Below, in pieces: positions 9,092 to 18,366 of a stretch of DNA of 64,000 nucleotides (the first letter of the stretch is position 1; the number at the start of each line of letters is the position of its first letter). The position numbers and the translations under genes are program-made. The DNA is from a virus, in IMG/VR virus record IMGVR_UViG_3300034072_001395, positions 32,571-96,570 of that record, one strand, 5' to 3'. Under the pieces are notes generated by a model. The model worked only from the letters and a program-made list of their open reading frames with translations, was not told the DNA's origin and did no database searches.

Positions 9092-9946
9092 ATGTCCGTC
9101 GATACGATCCTCCTCCGCGCCGACTACCGCGACACCCTCGCCCACGTCGCTGCGTTGGGCGGCGCTGACCTCATCGCTTTCTCGCCGCCATACTGCGACG
9201 CCCGGAGCTACGGCATGGGCGCGTCATGGGGCGACGCTGACTATGCTGCGCTCGGAGACGCGGTGTTCGCCGCGCTCAAGCCGGGCGGGCACGCGCTGGT
9301 GAACGTCGACGCGCCGGTGCGCAACTGGCGCCCTGGCTTCGGCACCGAACGCGGCTTCCATCCGTGGCGCCTGATGCTGGACTGGGCCGAGCGTGTCGGT
9401 TTCCGGGTGCCGGACAGGCTCGCCTTCGGGCGGCTCGGCACGCCGGGCGCCTATAGCGGCCGCTTCCGCAACGACTGGGAGCCGCTGCTGTGGTTCCAGC
9501 GGCCTGGCGGTACGCCCTGGATGGACCGCTGGGCTATCGCGGAGCGGTGCGCGCCGTCCGCCGGAAAGTCTGGCGCTCGCCGAGTGGACGGCCAATTGGC
9601 TGTGCGGAAGCGGACGGGCCGTGCGGCTGAGGAGGGCTGGCGCCACCGCGGTACATTGTGGCATTACGGCGCCGTGGGTGGTGGCAACTCCGGCTCGCGT
9701 GATCTTGAGGCCGTCAACCACCCTGCCCGCTGGCCTTTGCGCCTCGCCCGCGACATCGTGCTCTGCTTCTGCCCCCCCGACGGGCTCGTGTGCGACCCGT
9801 TCGTGGGCGCGGGCACTACCGCGGTCGCAGCAGCCACCCAGGGCCGGCGCTTCGTCGGCGGGGACCTCGGCGCTCGGCAGGAGGACGGCGTACCGTGGGT
9901 GGACGTTGCGCGGGACGTGGTGCGGCGGGCGACGGCGCAACCGTGA
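9092..9946 (+). CDS. DNA methyltransferase, beta class (N4-C/N6-A)
   Basis: FSPPY near N-terminus, HPARWP, VCDPFVGAGTT; AAGGAG RBS. Confidence 0.9.
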   Translation: MSVDTILLRADYRDTLAHVAALGGADLIAFSPPYCDARSYGMGASWGDADYAALGDAVFAALKPGGHALVNVDAPVRNWRPGFGTERGFHPWRLMLDWAERVGFRVPDRLAFGRLGTPGAYSGRFRNDWEPLLWFQRPGGTPWMDRWAIAERCAPSAGKSGARRVDGQLAVRKRTGRAAEEGWRHRGTLWHYGAVGGGNSGSRDLEAVNHPARWPLRLARDIVLCFCPPDGLVCDPFVGAGTTAVAAATQGRRFVGGDLGARQEDGVPWVDVARDVVRRATAQP

Positions 9947-9947
9947 C

Positions 9948-10442
9948 GTGTTGACGCTCGAAGCCATTCGCGTTACGCAAGGGGCAAGTGAGGTAGACGC
10001 CGATGGTGCCGCAGTCCACGAGCACACAATGACCTTCCGTGGCAAGCGCCTCCCCGAGGACGCATGGTGGCGTCCAGACGAGTTCACGCCCGACGGGCGT
10101 GAGCCGAAGACGGCACTGCCGTCGATCCCGCACCTGCTCACGCAGAAGCACCTGAAGCGCCCGGCAGAACTGCCTCCAGACGTCCGGCAAGCCCTGAGCG
10201 CGGTACGCGAGTTCTCGCACCCGGAGCGCCAGTTGCTCCGTGAGAGTCCGCTGGGCCGGCCGAGCTGGGCGCCGACGCTCGCGCGCCGAGGCTACCTGAC
10301 CATCGGCCCGATGGGCGTCCGCACGCTCACGCCGACCGGGCGCTGGATGAAGTGGTGCCTGGAGGTCCTGTTCGACTACCAGATGGGCGTTCCGCTGCGC
10401 CCAGCGCCGGCCGACGTGGTCGCCTTCCTGGCGGACGAATGA
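9948..10442 (+). CDS. hypothetical protein with possible C-terminal winged helix
   Basis: LARRGYL...TLTPTG; start uncertain (9948 or 10029). Confidence 0.5.
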   Translation: MLTLEAIRVTQGASEVDADGAAVHEHTMTFRGKRLPEDAWWRPDEFTPDGREPKTALPSIPHLLTQKHLKRPAELPPDVRQALSAVREFSHPERQLLRESPLGRPSWAPTLARRGYLTIGPMGVRTLTPTGRWMKWCLEVLFDYQMGVPLRPAPADVVAFLADE

Positions 10443-10846
10443 CGCCCTGGAGCATCCGCCGCGCGCTGCGCCTGCGGGCCGCCGACGCCATCGTCGGCGT
10501 CGTCGACCGGGTGGACGACCTGGCCGACGCGCTCAACGGTCTCGCCGACCGCGTGCGCGGCGAAGACGCTGAGCATGGAGAGGCCGCCCCCACCGACGGC
10601 GAGCCGACTGGCGACATCGTGGCGAAGGCGATGGCCGGCTGCATCGAGATCCCCGAGGGCCTCCCGAAGATCATGCGGATGATCGACCGCGACTACAAGG
10701 GGATGAAGATCGCAGATTTCGTCGTGGCGTACCTTGACGCTGATGGGCAACTGGCGATAGGTCTTGCGGGCCACCACCCCGACCTCTTCGCGCTCCTGTT
10801 GTGGGAACTGCAAGAGCAAGTCAGGGGAACCCGCCAGGAGGAATGA
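10439..10846 (+). CDS. hypothetical protein
   Basis: ATGA-coupled to neighbours. Confidence 0.65.
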   Translation: MTPWSIRRALRLRAADAIVGVVDRVDDLADALNGLADRVRGEDAEHGEAAPTDGEPTGDIVAKAMAGCIEIPEGLPKIMRMIDRDYKGMKIADFVVAYLDADGQLAIGLAGHHPDLFALLLWELQEQVRGTRQEE

Positions 10847-11337
10847 CCCGCATGGACACCGCCCCCGTCAAGCTCGCCTACGCCGTCCTCGTGTTCCGCT
10901 ACAAGCACCGGAAGGACACCGACTTCCAGTGGGGCGTGCTGTGCAACGGCAAGCGCCTGATGCCGTCGAAGCTCGCGCAGTTCGAGGGCACGACCGCCTT
11001 CTTCGGCGGCAAGATCGAGGACGGAGAGACGCCGGAGGACGCGATGGAGCGCGAGCTGCGCGAGGAGCTGGCCTGGAACGACGAGGACTTCGACACGATG
11101 GGCCACCTCATCCGCCTCGACAGCATGGGTGGCGCGGCCTTCTTCGCCATCGACATCGGCGTCCTCGACGAGGACCGCCTGAGCAGCTTCGCGTCTGGCT
11201 GCGCCGAGGGCATCGTGGACCCGGTGCTGGAGAGCGCCTTCGCCGACACCCGCTGGGTGTCCTGGCCCGGCGGCCCGGACATCGGCGCCATCGCGCAGAA
11301 GGCCGTCGACAGCATCAAGGCCGCTGCGGCCGGGTGA
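10843..11337 (+). CDS. Nudix hydrolase
   Basis: Nudix box GGKIEDGETPEDAMERELREEL; AGGAGG RBS. Confidence 0.9.
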   Translation: MTRMDTAPVKLAYAVLVFRYKHRKDTDFQWGVLCNGKRLMPSKLAQFEGTTAFFGGKIEDGETPEDAMERELREELAWNDEDFDTMGHLIRLDSMGGAAFFAIDIGVLDEDRLSSFASGCAEGIVDPVLESAFADTRWVSWPGGPDIGAIAQKAVDSIKAAAAG

Positions 11338-11374
11338 CACGCGCGCCTCGGCGTGTTAGGATGCCTGCACGCCG

Positions 11375-11689
11375 ATGTCCGACTTCACTCGCGCCATACA
11401 ACGGGCCGTCAAGGCGCTTGAGGGCCCCGACGGATGGTGCGACGAAGAACCGTCGGCCATCGCGGCCCGCGTGGCCGAGTTGCTCGGGCAGGACGTAACG
11501 CCCGAGCTGGAGCGCATGGTGCCGGTCGTCATGCGCCGGATGGCCGGCTACCGTGCGCTCCTCCACCGCCAAGACCCGCCCCCTCCTGCCTGGTCGAAGT
11601 CGCTCGCCGAGAAGCAAGCGGCCGGCAGGCAAGAGGGGGTCGAGGTCATCCGGCTGAGGGCACCTCGGCGGAGGGGAACGCCCGATTGA
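11375..11689 (+). CDS. hypothetical protein
   Basis: Last plus-strand ORF before convergence. Confidence 0.55.
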   Translation: MSDFTRAIQRAVKALEGPDGWCDEEPSAIAARVAELLGQDVTPELERMVPVVMRRMAGYRALLHRQDPPPPAWSKSLAEKQAAGRQEGVEVIRLRAPRRRGTPD

Positions 11690-12161
11690 GGCGCGCCTCG
11701 ATGCTGCTGCGGATCTCGCCTCGGAAGGTGTCGAAGAACTCGGGCGTGAACCAGACCGTGATGCCCGTCACGCTCTCCTGCGGCTGCACGTCGTCGCGCC
11801 CGAACAGGAAGGACGACACCTTCTTCGGCGGAACGTCGAACACGAACTCACGCCCTTCGAAGGGGATTCGCGCCAGCGCGTTGTCGACCGTGATGTCGTA
11901 GGCGAAGAACTCCGCCGGGTAGCGCGGCCACCTGCACGTCATCTGCTCCAGCACCATCTCCTGCGCACGTACGACGCCGCACATGGCAAGCTCCGTCTCG
12001 GTCAGCGCGTGCGAGGCCAGATGCGGATGGTTGTGCCACAGGTTGTGGCCCCTTGCGGGCGTCAGCAACCACCAGCCGGCGTCACTGTCGCCGACGCGGC
12101 GGACCCTCGCTGCCCCGTTGGCGTCCTTGTAGATCACGAACCGGCGCTTGTTTTCAGGCAT
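11646..12161 (-). CDS. hypothetical protein
   Basis: MPENKRRFVIY start with GGAGG RBS. Confidence 0.65.
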   Translation of the reverse strand: MPENKRRFVIYKDANGAARVRRVGDSDAGWWLLTPARGHNLWHNHPHLASHALTETELAMCGVVRAQEMVLEQMTCRWPRYPAEFFAYDITVDNALARIPFEGREFVFDVPPKKVSSFLFGRDDVQPQESVTGITVWFTPEFFDTFRGEIRSSIEARLNRAFPSAEVPSAG

Positions 12162-12741
12162 GCTGCACCTCCAGAACGCAGCGGAGGCTCTCGCAGACCT
12201 GCTCGGTGAGGCACTCCTGCATGTTGGTGTTGAAGTGTTCGAGGAAGGCGCGCGCCTGCACGTCGTACAGGTCAACGGCGCAGGCGGCGACGGTGCCGCC
12301 CTCCGGCGTGCCCGTCAGCCAGGCGTGGAGCTTCCGCATCATGATCTGCCCGAGGAACGCGATGGCGTTGTCGAAGCAGAGGTAGACGTGGACGACGTTG
12401 CTCGCAGGCTCAAGGACGGTGCGAAGCCGCGCCACGCCCGGTGCTCCGGCGTCGGCGGACGGGGCAGAGGACGTGTGGATGCCCACCAACAGCCGTCGCG
12501 CGATGCTAAGGTAGAGGGCGGCGGCCTCGCGGGGGCTGAGGCGCGCGTCGCCCTCGGCCGTCGCTTGCAGCACGTTCCACACCGGAGACGTGATCTGCTC
12601 CGGCAGCGGCAGGTCGCTGAAGAGCTGCTCACCGTAGTCCTTCTGCTCGTAGAACGTGCGGAAGTGCCACGTCACGTTGCCGAGGGCGTCGGGGCCGTGG
12701 CACAGGGAGATCATCTTCTCGTCGGGGTCAATCTTCAGCAC
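12154..12741 (-). CDS. hypothetical protein
   Basis: GTG start after AAGGAG; overlaps neighbours. Confidence 0.6.
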   Translation of the reverse strand: MLKIDPDEKMISLCHGPDALGNVTWHFRTFYEQKDYGEQLFSDLPLPEQITSPVWNVLQATAEGDARLSPREAAALYLSIARRLLVGIHTSSAPSADAGAPGVARLRTVLEPASNVVHVYLCFDNAIAFLGQIMMRKLHAWLTGTPEGGTVAACAVDLYDVQARAFLEHFNTNMQECLTEQVCESLRCVLEVQHA

Positions 12742-13274
12742 TTGCCACGCTCCTTGGCGTACTTGATGTTGCTCACGTCGTTCTTGAAGCCTCGCAGCGC
12801 GGCGGCGACGAACGCCTGGCGCACGCTGGTCAGGACGCGCGCGAAGGCGCTCCTGCGAGGGTACATGCGCCCGGCCATCGACAGCGCCGCGAGATCCGCG
12901 TCGCGCCGCCCCGTGAAGATGGCGATCAGGTCCTCGGACGGGACTTCCACTTCGAGCACACACCGAGGCGCCGCGAAGGTGACGAAGCCGACCTCGGTGC
13001 GCCCCTCGTCGTCGAAGAACTCGATGTGCAGGTCGTCGCACAGCCCCCGCTGCCGCTTCGCGCGTTCCAGCATGTACGCGACCTGGGCCTCCGCGGCCTG
13101 CTCCAGCGTCACCGTCGCGGGCAGTCCCTCCGGAGGAAGGAAGCGCGCGTCCATCTCGGCGTGCGCCCGGGAGCACACGCTCCCATCCTCGAACTCCACG
13201 ACCACGCGAAGCTCGCGGATCCCGGGCTGGTGTGGCATCTCGACGACAGCCACATGCGCACTTCGCACTTCCAT
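12735..13274 (-). CDS. hypothetical protein
   Basis: AAGGAGG RBS. Confidence 0.65.
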   Translation of the reverse strand: MEVRSAHVAVVEMPHQPGIRELRVVVEFEDGSVCSRAHAEMDARFLPPEGLPATVTLEQAAEAQVAYMLERAKRQRGLCDDLHIEFFDDEGRTEVGFVTFAAPRCVLEVEVPSEDLIAIFTGRRDADLAALSMAGRMYPRRSAFARVLTSVRQAFVAAALRGFKNDVSNIKYAKERGKC

Positions 13275-13297
13275 CGAAGCCTCCTTGCCCACAGGGC

Positions 13298-13657
13298 CTA
13301 TCGCTGCTGGGCGAAGTCGTCAAGCAGGCAGTCGAGGTGCCAGAGCAGGTCGATCCGCTCGCCGTCATCCGGCGTCGGGCAGAAGGCCAGGACCTCGGGC
13401 GGCAGGCGCGCCCACGCACGGAGCGCCTGGGCCTCGATGACGCGGGCACGAGCGCGCTTGCGGGCGGCGTTGCTCATGTGGTAGTCGCGCCAAGCAGGGT
13501 CACCGTCCGCGCGGGCCTCCCGATCTGCGCACTCATCCGCGTCCTCCGCGGCCATGCTCCAGGCGCCCGCTGTACCCATCAGCAAGCGCGCACGCGCCAC
13601 CCGTTTGCGGCAGAGGGTGACGTAGGTGTAGGAGCCGAGGGGCGGCTTGATGGTCAT
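13298..13657 (-). CDS. hypothetical protein
   Basis: Coupled ORF in operon. Confidence 0.6.
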   Translation of the reverse strand: MTIKPPLGSYTYVTLCRKRVARARLLMGTAGAWSMAAEDADECADREARADGDPAWRDYHMSNAARKRARARVIEAQALRAWARLPPEVLAFCPTPDDGERIDLLWHLDCLLDDFAQQR

Positions 13658-14070
13658 GCCATCTCCGCGCCACCCAGGGCGGCGATGCTGTCGCGGATGC
13701 CCGCCGCTGCGAAGGCGAGGGCAAGCATGGCGTCGGTGTCGAGGACACCCTTGGTCTCCAGGGCGTGCGCGAGCGCCTTGGTGGCGTTCTCATCCGCACG
13801 GATGAGCATGTCCAGGGTGTTCTGCGCGTTGTCCGGCGCCCTGCTGACGGTCGGCGTACTCGCAGCGTGGCGCCGGTGCCCCGTGCGACCGCCCGGCTTC
13901 CGTCGCATGATCTTGTAGCCCTGCTCTCCGAGGCGAAGGGTCGCGGTGTGGACCCAGGCGTAGGAGCGGTTGAAGGCATACGCGATCTCCACGACCGAGT
14001 CGCCGCGCTCCCACATGTGCAGGAACCGCTCGGCATCTTGCGGGGAGAACAACCACTTCTTACGGCTCAT
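13654..14070 (-). CDS. helix-turn-helix protein (GcrA/Myb-like N-terminus)
   Basis: FSPQDAERFLHMWERGDSVVEIAYAFNRSYAWV....RL pattern. Confidence 0.65.
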   Translation of the reverse strand: MSRKKWLFSPQDAERFLHMWERGDSVVEIAYAFNRSYAWVHTATLRLGEQGYKIMRRKPGGRTGHRRHAASTPTVSRAPDNAQNTLDMLIRADENATKALAHALETKGVLDTDAMLALAFAAAGIRDSIAALGGAEMA

Positions 14071-14141
14071 CGGTCACTCCAATCGCCTTGTTGGCGATCC
14101 ACAGGTAGCCCACGCCGGCGGGAGGCGCCAGCCCCCGTCAC

Positions 14142-14453
14142 CTATCGATCGGCAACGTCGATCAGGGCATCGCGGATCTTGCCGCCGATCGTGAGCCTGA
14201 CGGTCCGGCGGGGGACCGTCATGCGCTCCGCGCCGGTGATCTTGTCGACCATCATGCGCTCGCTCGTGCGCATGGCCGTCAGGGTGCCGAAGCCGCCGAG
14301 CGACACCTCGGCCGCGTCGATGTCCGGGTCGGTGAGCGCCGTGATGAGCGCGCCGTTCCGGGGGTTGAAGATCGCGTCGACGACCACGGAGGCCACTTCG
14401 ACATCGACGCCGGCGTTCTGCGCGACGTGCGCCACGAGCTGCTTGTAGTTCAC
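14142..14453 (-). CDS. HU/IHF-family DNA-binding protein
   Basis: MNYKQLVAHVA...VDAIF...VSLGGFGTL....ER....ITG.....RRTVRL..G..IRDA; GTG start with AAGGAGG RBS. Confidence 0.85.
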   Translation of the reverse strand: MNYKQLVAHVAQNAGVDVEVASVVVDAIFNPRNGALITALTDPDIDAAEVSLGGFGTLTAMRTSERMMVDKITGAERMTVPRRTVRLTIGGKIRDALIDVADR

Positions 14454-14929
14454 GGGGCCTCCTTGCGGCGGATGACATCGGCGAAGTTGCGGATGTGCAG
14501 GGTGTCGATCATCATCGGGGCGGCCAGGCCGCGCGCCGTCGTGCTCAGCGTGAGGATGAACGCGGTGCCCTGGTGGTCGACGCACCAGACGTGCCGGTTG
14601 GAGCGGTGCCAGGCCACCTCGGCGCGGCGCAGGTACATGGTCGAGCAGATCGGCGTGCCGTCCGAGGCGGGCGACGTGATGACCTCCCGCAGTCCGGCGT
14701 CCCGGTGCCACAGGTCGGCGTTCTCGCCGGGGCCGCCAGGGAGGATCCAGCCGTAGTGCGTGATCGCCGAGGACGCTTCACGCAGGGTGGCGGGACCGTA
14801 GCGGGCCAGGAGTTCGTCCACCTGAGCATCGGCGCAGGGCGCCAGGCAGGCGACGATCTCGGGCAGCGAGCGGAGGCGCCCGTCGAGGAGCGCCTCGTGG
14901 ACGGCGTTGAGCCGTGGGTCGATGGTCAC
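14450..14929 (-). CDS. hypothetical protein
   Basis: GTGA-coupled ORF. Confidence 0.6.
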   Translation of the reverse strand: MTIDPRLNAVHEALLDGRLRSLPEIVACLAPCADAQVDELLARYGPATLREASSAITHYGWILPGGPGENADLWHRDAGLREVITSPASDGTPICSTMYLRRAEVAWHRSNRHVWCVDHQGTAFILTLSTTARGLAAPMMIDTLHIRNFADVIRRKEAP

Positions 14930-15330
14930 GACGGCACCGAGATCGCGTCGTCGATCATCTCCGCCATGAAGTCGGCGTCGATGTTGCGGATGGCGTCGTC
15001 GATGTCGTCGGGCAGATCGGCGCGAGCCTCGTCGGCCAGGTCCCACCACGCATCGAGGAGCTGGTTGGCGGCGGCATCCCGTTCACTGCGGGATGCCGCA
15101 ACAGCCTTGTCGGCACGCAGGGCCGCGACTACGGCCATGACGACGGCCAGGTCGTCCTCGCGCGCGCTCTCGCCGGCGAACTGCTCCCAGGACTGGAGGA
15201 CCACGCTCCCGGTCGAGCGGACGGCCGCCCAGGCGGCGCGGCGCGCGTCACGCGCCTCGCTGTGGCGCAGCTCGGCGGCCTGCGCCGCGCTGAGCAGGCT
15301 GCGGAGGTTGTTGGCGATCTCGCTGTCCAT
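14926..15330 (-). CDS. hypothetical helical protein
   Basis: GGAGG RBS, TGATG coupling. Confidence 0.65.
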   Translation of the reverse strand: MDSEIANNLRSLLSAAQAAELRHSEARDARRAAWAAVRSTGSVVLQSWEQFAGESAREDDLAVVMAVVAALRADKAVAASRSERDAAANQLLDAWWDLADEARADLPDDIDDAIRNIDADFMAEMIDDAISVPS

Positions 15331-15710
15331 CAGTCCTCCGAGCCGCCGAACCGGCGATCGTCGAGGGCGCAGACGTAGTCGCAGAACTTGTCGCCGAAGC
15401 GTTCGCGCCCGGCGCTGTAGGCGAAGATCCTGTCAACGGCACACATGCCGTACCAGGCGTTGTCGAACGCCGTCGTGGTGTCGCGCGCAGACCAGTCGTG
15501 GCGGGGGCGGTTCTCGTAGCTGCGCCAGGCGTCGACGAAGGCACGCGCGTCCTCGTCCGTGTACGAGGGGCCGCTGACGCGAGAGGACGCCGCGTTGAGG
15601 GCGTTGTTGCGCCGCAAGAACTCGCGCTGGATCTCGTCCGCGCGCTTCGACGCGGCGATCATCGCCTCGTAGAGCCCCAGCACCTTCTCGGTCACGTCAT
15701 GCTCGCCCAT
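15330..15710 (-). CDS. hypothetical helical protein
   Basis: AAGGAG RBS. Confidence 0.65.
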   Translation of the reverse strand: MGEHDVTEKVLGLYEAMIAASKRADEIQREFLRRNNALNAASSRVSGPSYTDEDARAFVDAWRSYENRPRHDWSARDTTTAFDNAWYGMCAVDRIFAYSAGRERFGDKFCDYVCALDDRRFGGSED

Positions 15711-16099
15711 CGCGGCTCCTTGCTGTATTCGGTGATCCAGACGGCACGGATGCGGCGCAGGATGGCGTCGTCCGCGTCGGCCGGCACGGGGCGGGCCATC
15801 ATGTAGGCCGCCTCCGAGACGATCACGTCGTATTCCGACGCGAGCCAGCGCGCAAGCTCGGAAGCGCGCGTGAACTCGAACCACGCCTCCGCGTGTGCCT
15901 TGCCGAGCGCGTGCCAGGGCGTGTCGAGCGGCGGGCGGTCGTTGACGTAGGAGACGCGCAGGTTGGCGAGCGTGCGCTGCACGGCGGCGTCCGCCGAGGC
16001 GACGGCCTGGCGCGCGTCGAGGAGGCGCTGACGCACAGCCTCGGCGTCCTCAAGCCACGCCTCGACGACGGGCTTGTCCATGTAGTCGATGCAGCGCAT
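15692..16099 (-). CDS. hypothetical helical protein
   Basis: Starts in the GAAGGAGAACACCTGATG junction. Confidence 0.7.
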   Translation of the reverse strand: MRCIDYMDKPVVEAWLEDAEAVRQRLLDARQAVASADAAVQRTLANLRVSYVNDRPPLDTPWHALGKAHAEAWFEFTRASELARWLASEYDVIVSEAAYMMARPVPADADDAILRRIRAVWITEYSKEPRWASMT

Positions 16100-16410
16100 C
16101 AGGTGTTCTCCTTCGTGGCTTCCGCGCGTCCCGCGTAGTAGCCGTTCGCGTAGGCGATGCTGACCGCCTCGAAGATGTCGGTGGGCCGATTGGTCCCGAG
16201 CGCGAGCATGGCGCGGCGCTCCTCTCCGGAGCGCCTGTCGATGTCGCCGGAGAACTCCAGGCGCATGGTGGCGCGCATCTTCTCGATGTCGTCGCCCTCG
16301 ACCATCGACTTCACGGCCGCCTTCAGGCGCTCGACTTCAGCCCTCAGCGCCGAGGTCTGCGCGCGGAGGTCGTCGTAGTCGGCGAGGGCCATCGTCACGG
16401 TCGAGGGCAT
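16099..16410 (-). CDS. hypothetical coiled-coil protein (N-terminus similar to 53812-54069)
   Basis: STVTMALADYDDLR versus GTVTIELSDYDFLR. Confidence 0.7.
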   Translation of the reverse strand: MPSTVTMALADYDDLRAQTSALRAEVERLKAAVKSMVEGDDIEKMRATMRLEFSGDIDRRSGEERRAMLALGTNRPTDIFEAVSIAYANGYYAGRAEATKENT

Positions 16411-16658
16411 CACCGCACAACGCGGGCCACGCGGCGCACGATCATCAGCGGCGTCACGAGGATGGCGTACACGACGACGAGCAGGTAGCCGAGGATCCGC
16501 TGCGAGAGCGACAGGACCATGTACCGCTGGGTCGCGTTGGCCGCGTCGACGTGGAGGTACACGCTGGCCGCGGTGAGCAGCAGATAGACGGCCGCGAGGG
16601 CCGCCAGGACAGGGTGCTGGTGCGCGAAGGTCAGGGCGTCCGAGAAGAAGGGCATCAT
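16410..16658 (-). CDS. two-TM membrane protein
   Basis: Two long hydrophobic segments; directly downstream of promoter 16681-16709. Confidence 0.65.
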   Translation of the reverse strand: MMPFFSDALTFAHQHPVLAALAAVYLLLTAASVYLHVDAANATQRYMVLSLSQRILGYLLVVVYAILVTPLMIVRRVARVVR

Positions 16659-16680
16659 GGCGAAGCTCCGTTGTACCAGT

Positions 16681-16709
16681 CAAGTACCCCGGCAGTCGGC
16701 GTGCGTCAA
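16681..16709 (-). promoter_or_regulatory. sigma70-like promoter, TACTTG class
   Basis: TTGACG-N17-TACTTG. Confidence 0.65.
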
Positions 16710-17047
16710 GGCTCTTGAGGCTCGTTTGCGATGTGCTTCTCCAGCGCGAGGATGTCCGCCTGGCGCGCTCCGAACGGCCACCGCTTCAAGCGCTCGGCCA
16801 GCTCTCGGGCCGCGGAGGCCACGTCGAACGCCTCCTCCGTGCCGGCCATCAGGTCGCAGATCACGGCGCCCGCGTAGGGATGCGCGCCCCTGCCGTGCCA
16901 GCACTCCGTCACGAGGCTGATGTGCTGCTTCAGCGCCCCGCGCGACCCCCACACCTTCCCGTTGCGGCTGGACTTGAGGTACGACCCTCCGCAGGCGAAC
17001 CGGCCGTTGGGGAGGCGGATCTTGAAGGCTTCGTTGCGCTGCATCAC
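16706..17047 (-). CDS. hypothetical protein
   Basis: GGAGG RBS; GG....SSRNGKVW...GALKQHI. Confidence 0.65.
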   Translation of the reverse strand: MMQRNEAFKIRLPNGRFACGGSYLKSSRNGKVWGSRGALKQHISLVTECWHGRGAHPYAGAVICDLMAGTEEAFDVASAARELAERLKRWPFGARQADILALEKHIANEPQEP

Positions 17048-17487
17048 GCGCCTCCGATGAGCGACACGCCCGTGCGCGCGAAGGTCGACACGTCCGCGAT
17101 CACGTTCTGGTCGACGAGCACCCAGGAGCCGTGGTAGCCGCGCCCAGCGGGGTCCTGCCAGTTCCGCTTCCAGACGCAGAAGTCGCCGTCGGCGCCGACC
17201 ATGATGGCCGCGTAGCGGAGGGAGCCGCCGTTCTCGCGCAACTCCGCGCTCATGTAGTAGATCGCCAGACCGCGGTTGCCCTCGTCACCGACGATCATGG
17301 TCGGCGGCGCGCCGAGTTCCGCGGCGAGCGTGACGATGCGCACGGCCTCGGCGATGACCGCATCCGGCACATCGTACCCGGCCGTCGTGACGCGCATGCC
17401 TCCGCGCCCTTGGATGGGACGCAGCGCGTCGGCGAGGCGCCGGGTGGCCGGGTCGTCAAAGATGGCGAGGTCGTCGGTGTCAGACAT
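17044..17487 (-). CDS. hypothetical protein
   Basis: Coupled ORF. Confidence 0.65.
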   Translation of the reverse strand: MSDTDDLAIFDDPATRRLADALRPIQGRGGMRVTTAGYDVPDAVIAEAVRIVTLAAELGAPPTMIVGDEGNRGLAIYYMSAELRENGGSLRYAAIMVGADGDFCVWKRNWQDPAGRGYHGSWVLVDQNVIADVSTFARTGVSLIGGA

Positions 17488-17914
17488 CGGGGTGTTCCGA
17501 GACGTACTTGAGGGTGGCCCACAGAGCGTTGAAGCTGGCGGCCATGCAGGCGCGCTTGGCGCTGTCGCACTGCCGGATCGTCGCCCTGCGCCAGTCGGCC
17601 AAGGAGTCCCCGGGCGAACTGCGCCAAGCGCGCTCGGCCTCCGTCATCCGCGCCTCCGCCTCAGCGCGCGCCTTCCGCGCGTCGGCCCACGAGCGGGCGT
17701 GCTCGTCCAGAGAGCCGTCGGGCGCGATGACGTTCAGCGCCGGAGGGAGAAGGCCCGCGAGCCCGGTGGACCCGACCTCGACGTAGCCCTGGCGTTTGAG
17801 GCTATCGAGCAGAGTCGCCTCGAAGTAGTTCGCCGCAGTAGCGCCACGCGCCAGGATGAGCAGCGCCGCTCGGATGTCGGCGCGGGAGGGCTCGGGGGTC
17901 TTGCGGGGTGTCAT
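17480..17914 (-). CDS. winged-helix-like + helical domain protein, paralog 5 (divergent)
   Basis: ALLILARGA...LLDSLKRQGYV...PDGSL..HARSWADA. Confidence 0.55.
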   Translation of the reverse strand: MTPRKTPEPSRADIRAALLILARGATAANYFEATLLDSLKRQGYVEVGSTGLAGLLPPALNVIAPDGSLDEHARSWADARKARAEAEARMTEAERAWRSSPGDSLADWRRATIRQCDSAKRACMAASFNALWATLKYVSEHPDV

Positions 17915-18366
17915 CAGGTGCTCTCCAGCAATGCACGGAGTTCGCGGACGGCGGCCTGGCGGGCATCGCGGGCGACCATCGCCGCCTGCCCTCCGCGGTC
18001 CTGCGCTTCGTCGAGGCGGAGCTGCGCCATCGCGCGCTCGGAGTTCGTCACGGTGCGCCCCCAGGCGCGGTTGGCTTCGCGGACATCGTGCGCGGCGTCC
18101 AGAAGGGCGATGTGCGCAACCGCGTAGGCGCGCAGCACGGGGGACACCGCGTTGCCCGGCGTGAGATACCGGATGCCACGGGGCGTGACCTGGCGCTGCG
18201 TGAAGTCGTCGACGCAGGCGAGCCCCCGCAAGCAGGAGAGCATGTCGGGCGTGTAGCGCCGAGCGACGCCGTTGGCGAGGTCGAGGAGCGCCTTGCGCTG
18301 GCCCGGCGTCAGCTTGAGGCCGGCGAGGTCGAGGTGGCGGTCTGGCCGGTTGTCGTTGTGCGTCAC
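17914..18366 (-). CDS. winged-helix-like + helical domain protein, paralog 4
   Basis: HLDLAGLKLTPGQRKALLDLANG...VTPRGIRYLTPG..VS..LRAYA...ELRALL. Confidence 0.7.
   Translation of the reverse strand: MTHNDNRPDRHLDLAGLKLTPGQRKALLDLANGVARRYTPDMLSCLRGLACVDDFTQRQVTPRGIRYLTPGNAVSPVLRAYAVAHIALLDAAHDVREANRAWGRTVTNSERAMAQLRLDEAQDRGGQAAMVARDARQAAVRELRALLEST

Noticed and set aside
14926-16099. Three adjacent helical genes as a second paralog array
   Set aside because: Similar size and Ala-rich composition but no alignable motif by eye
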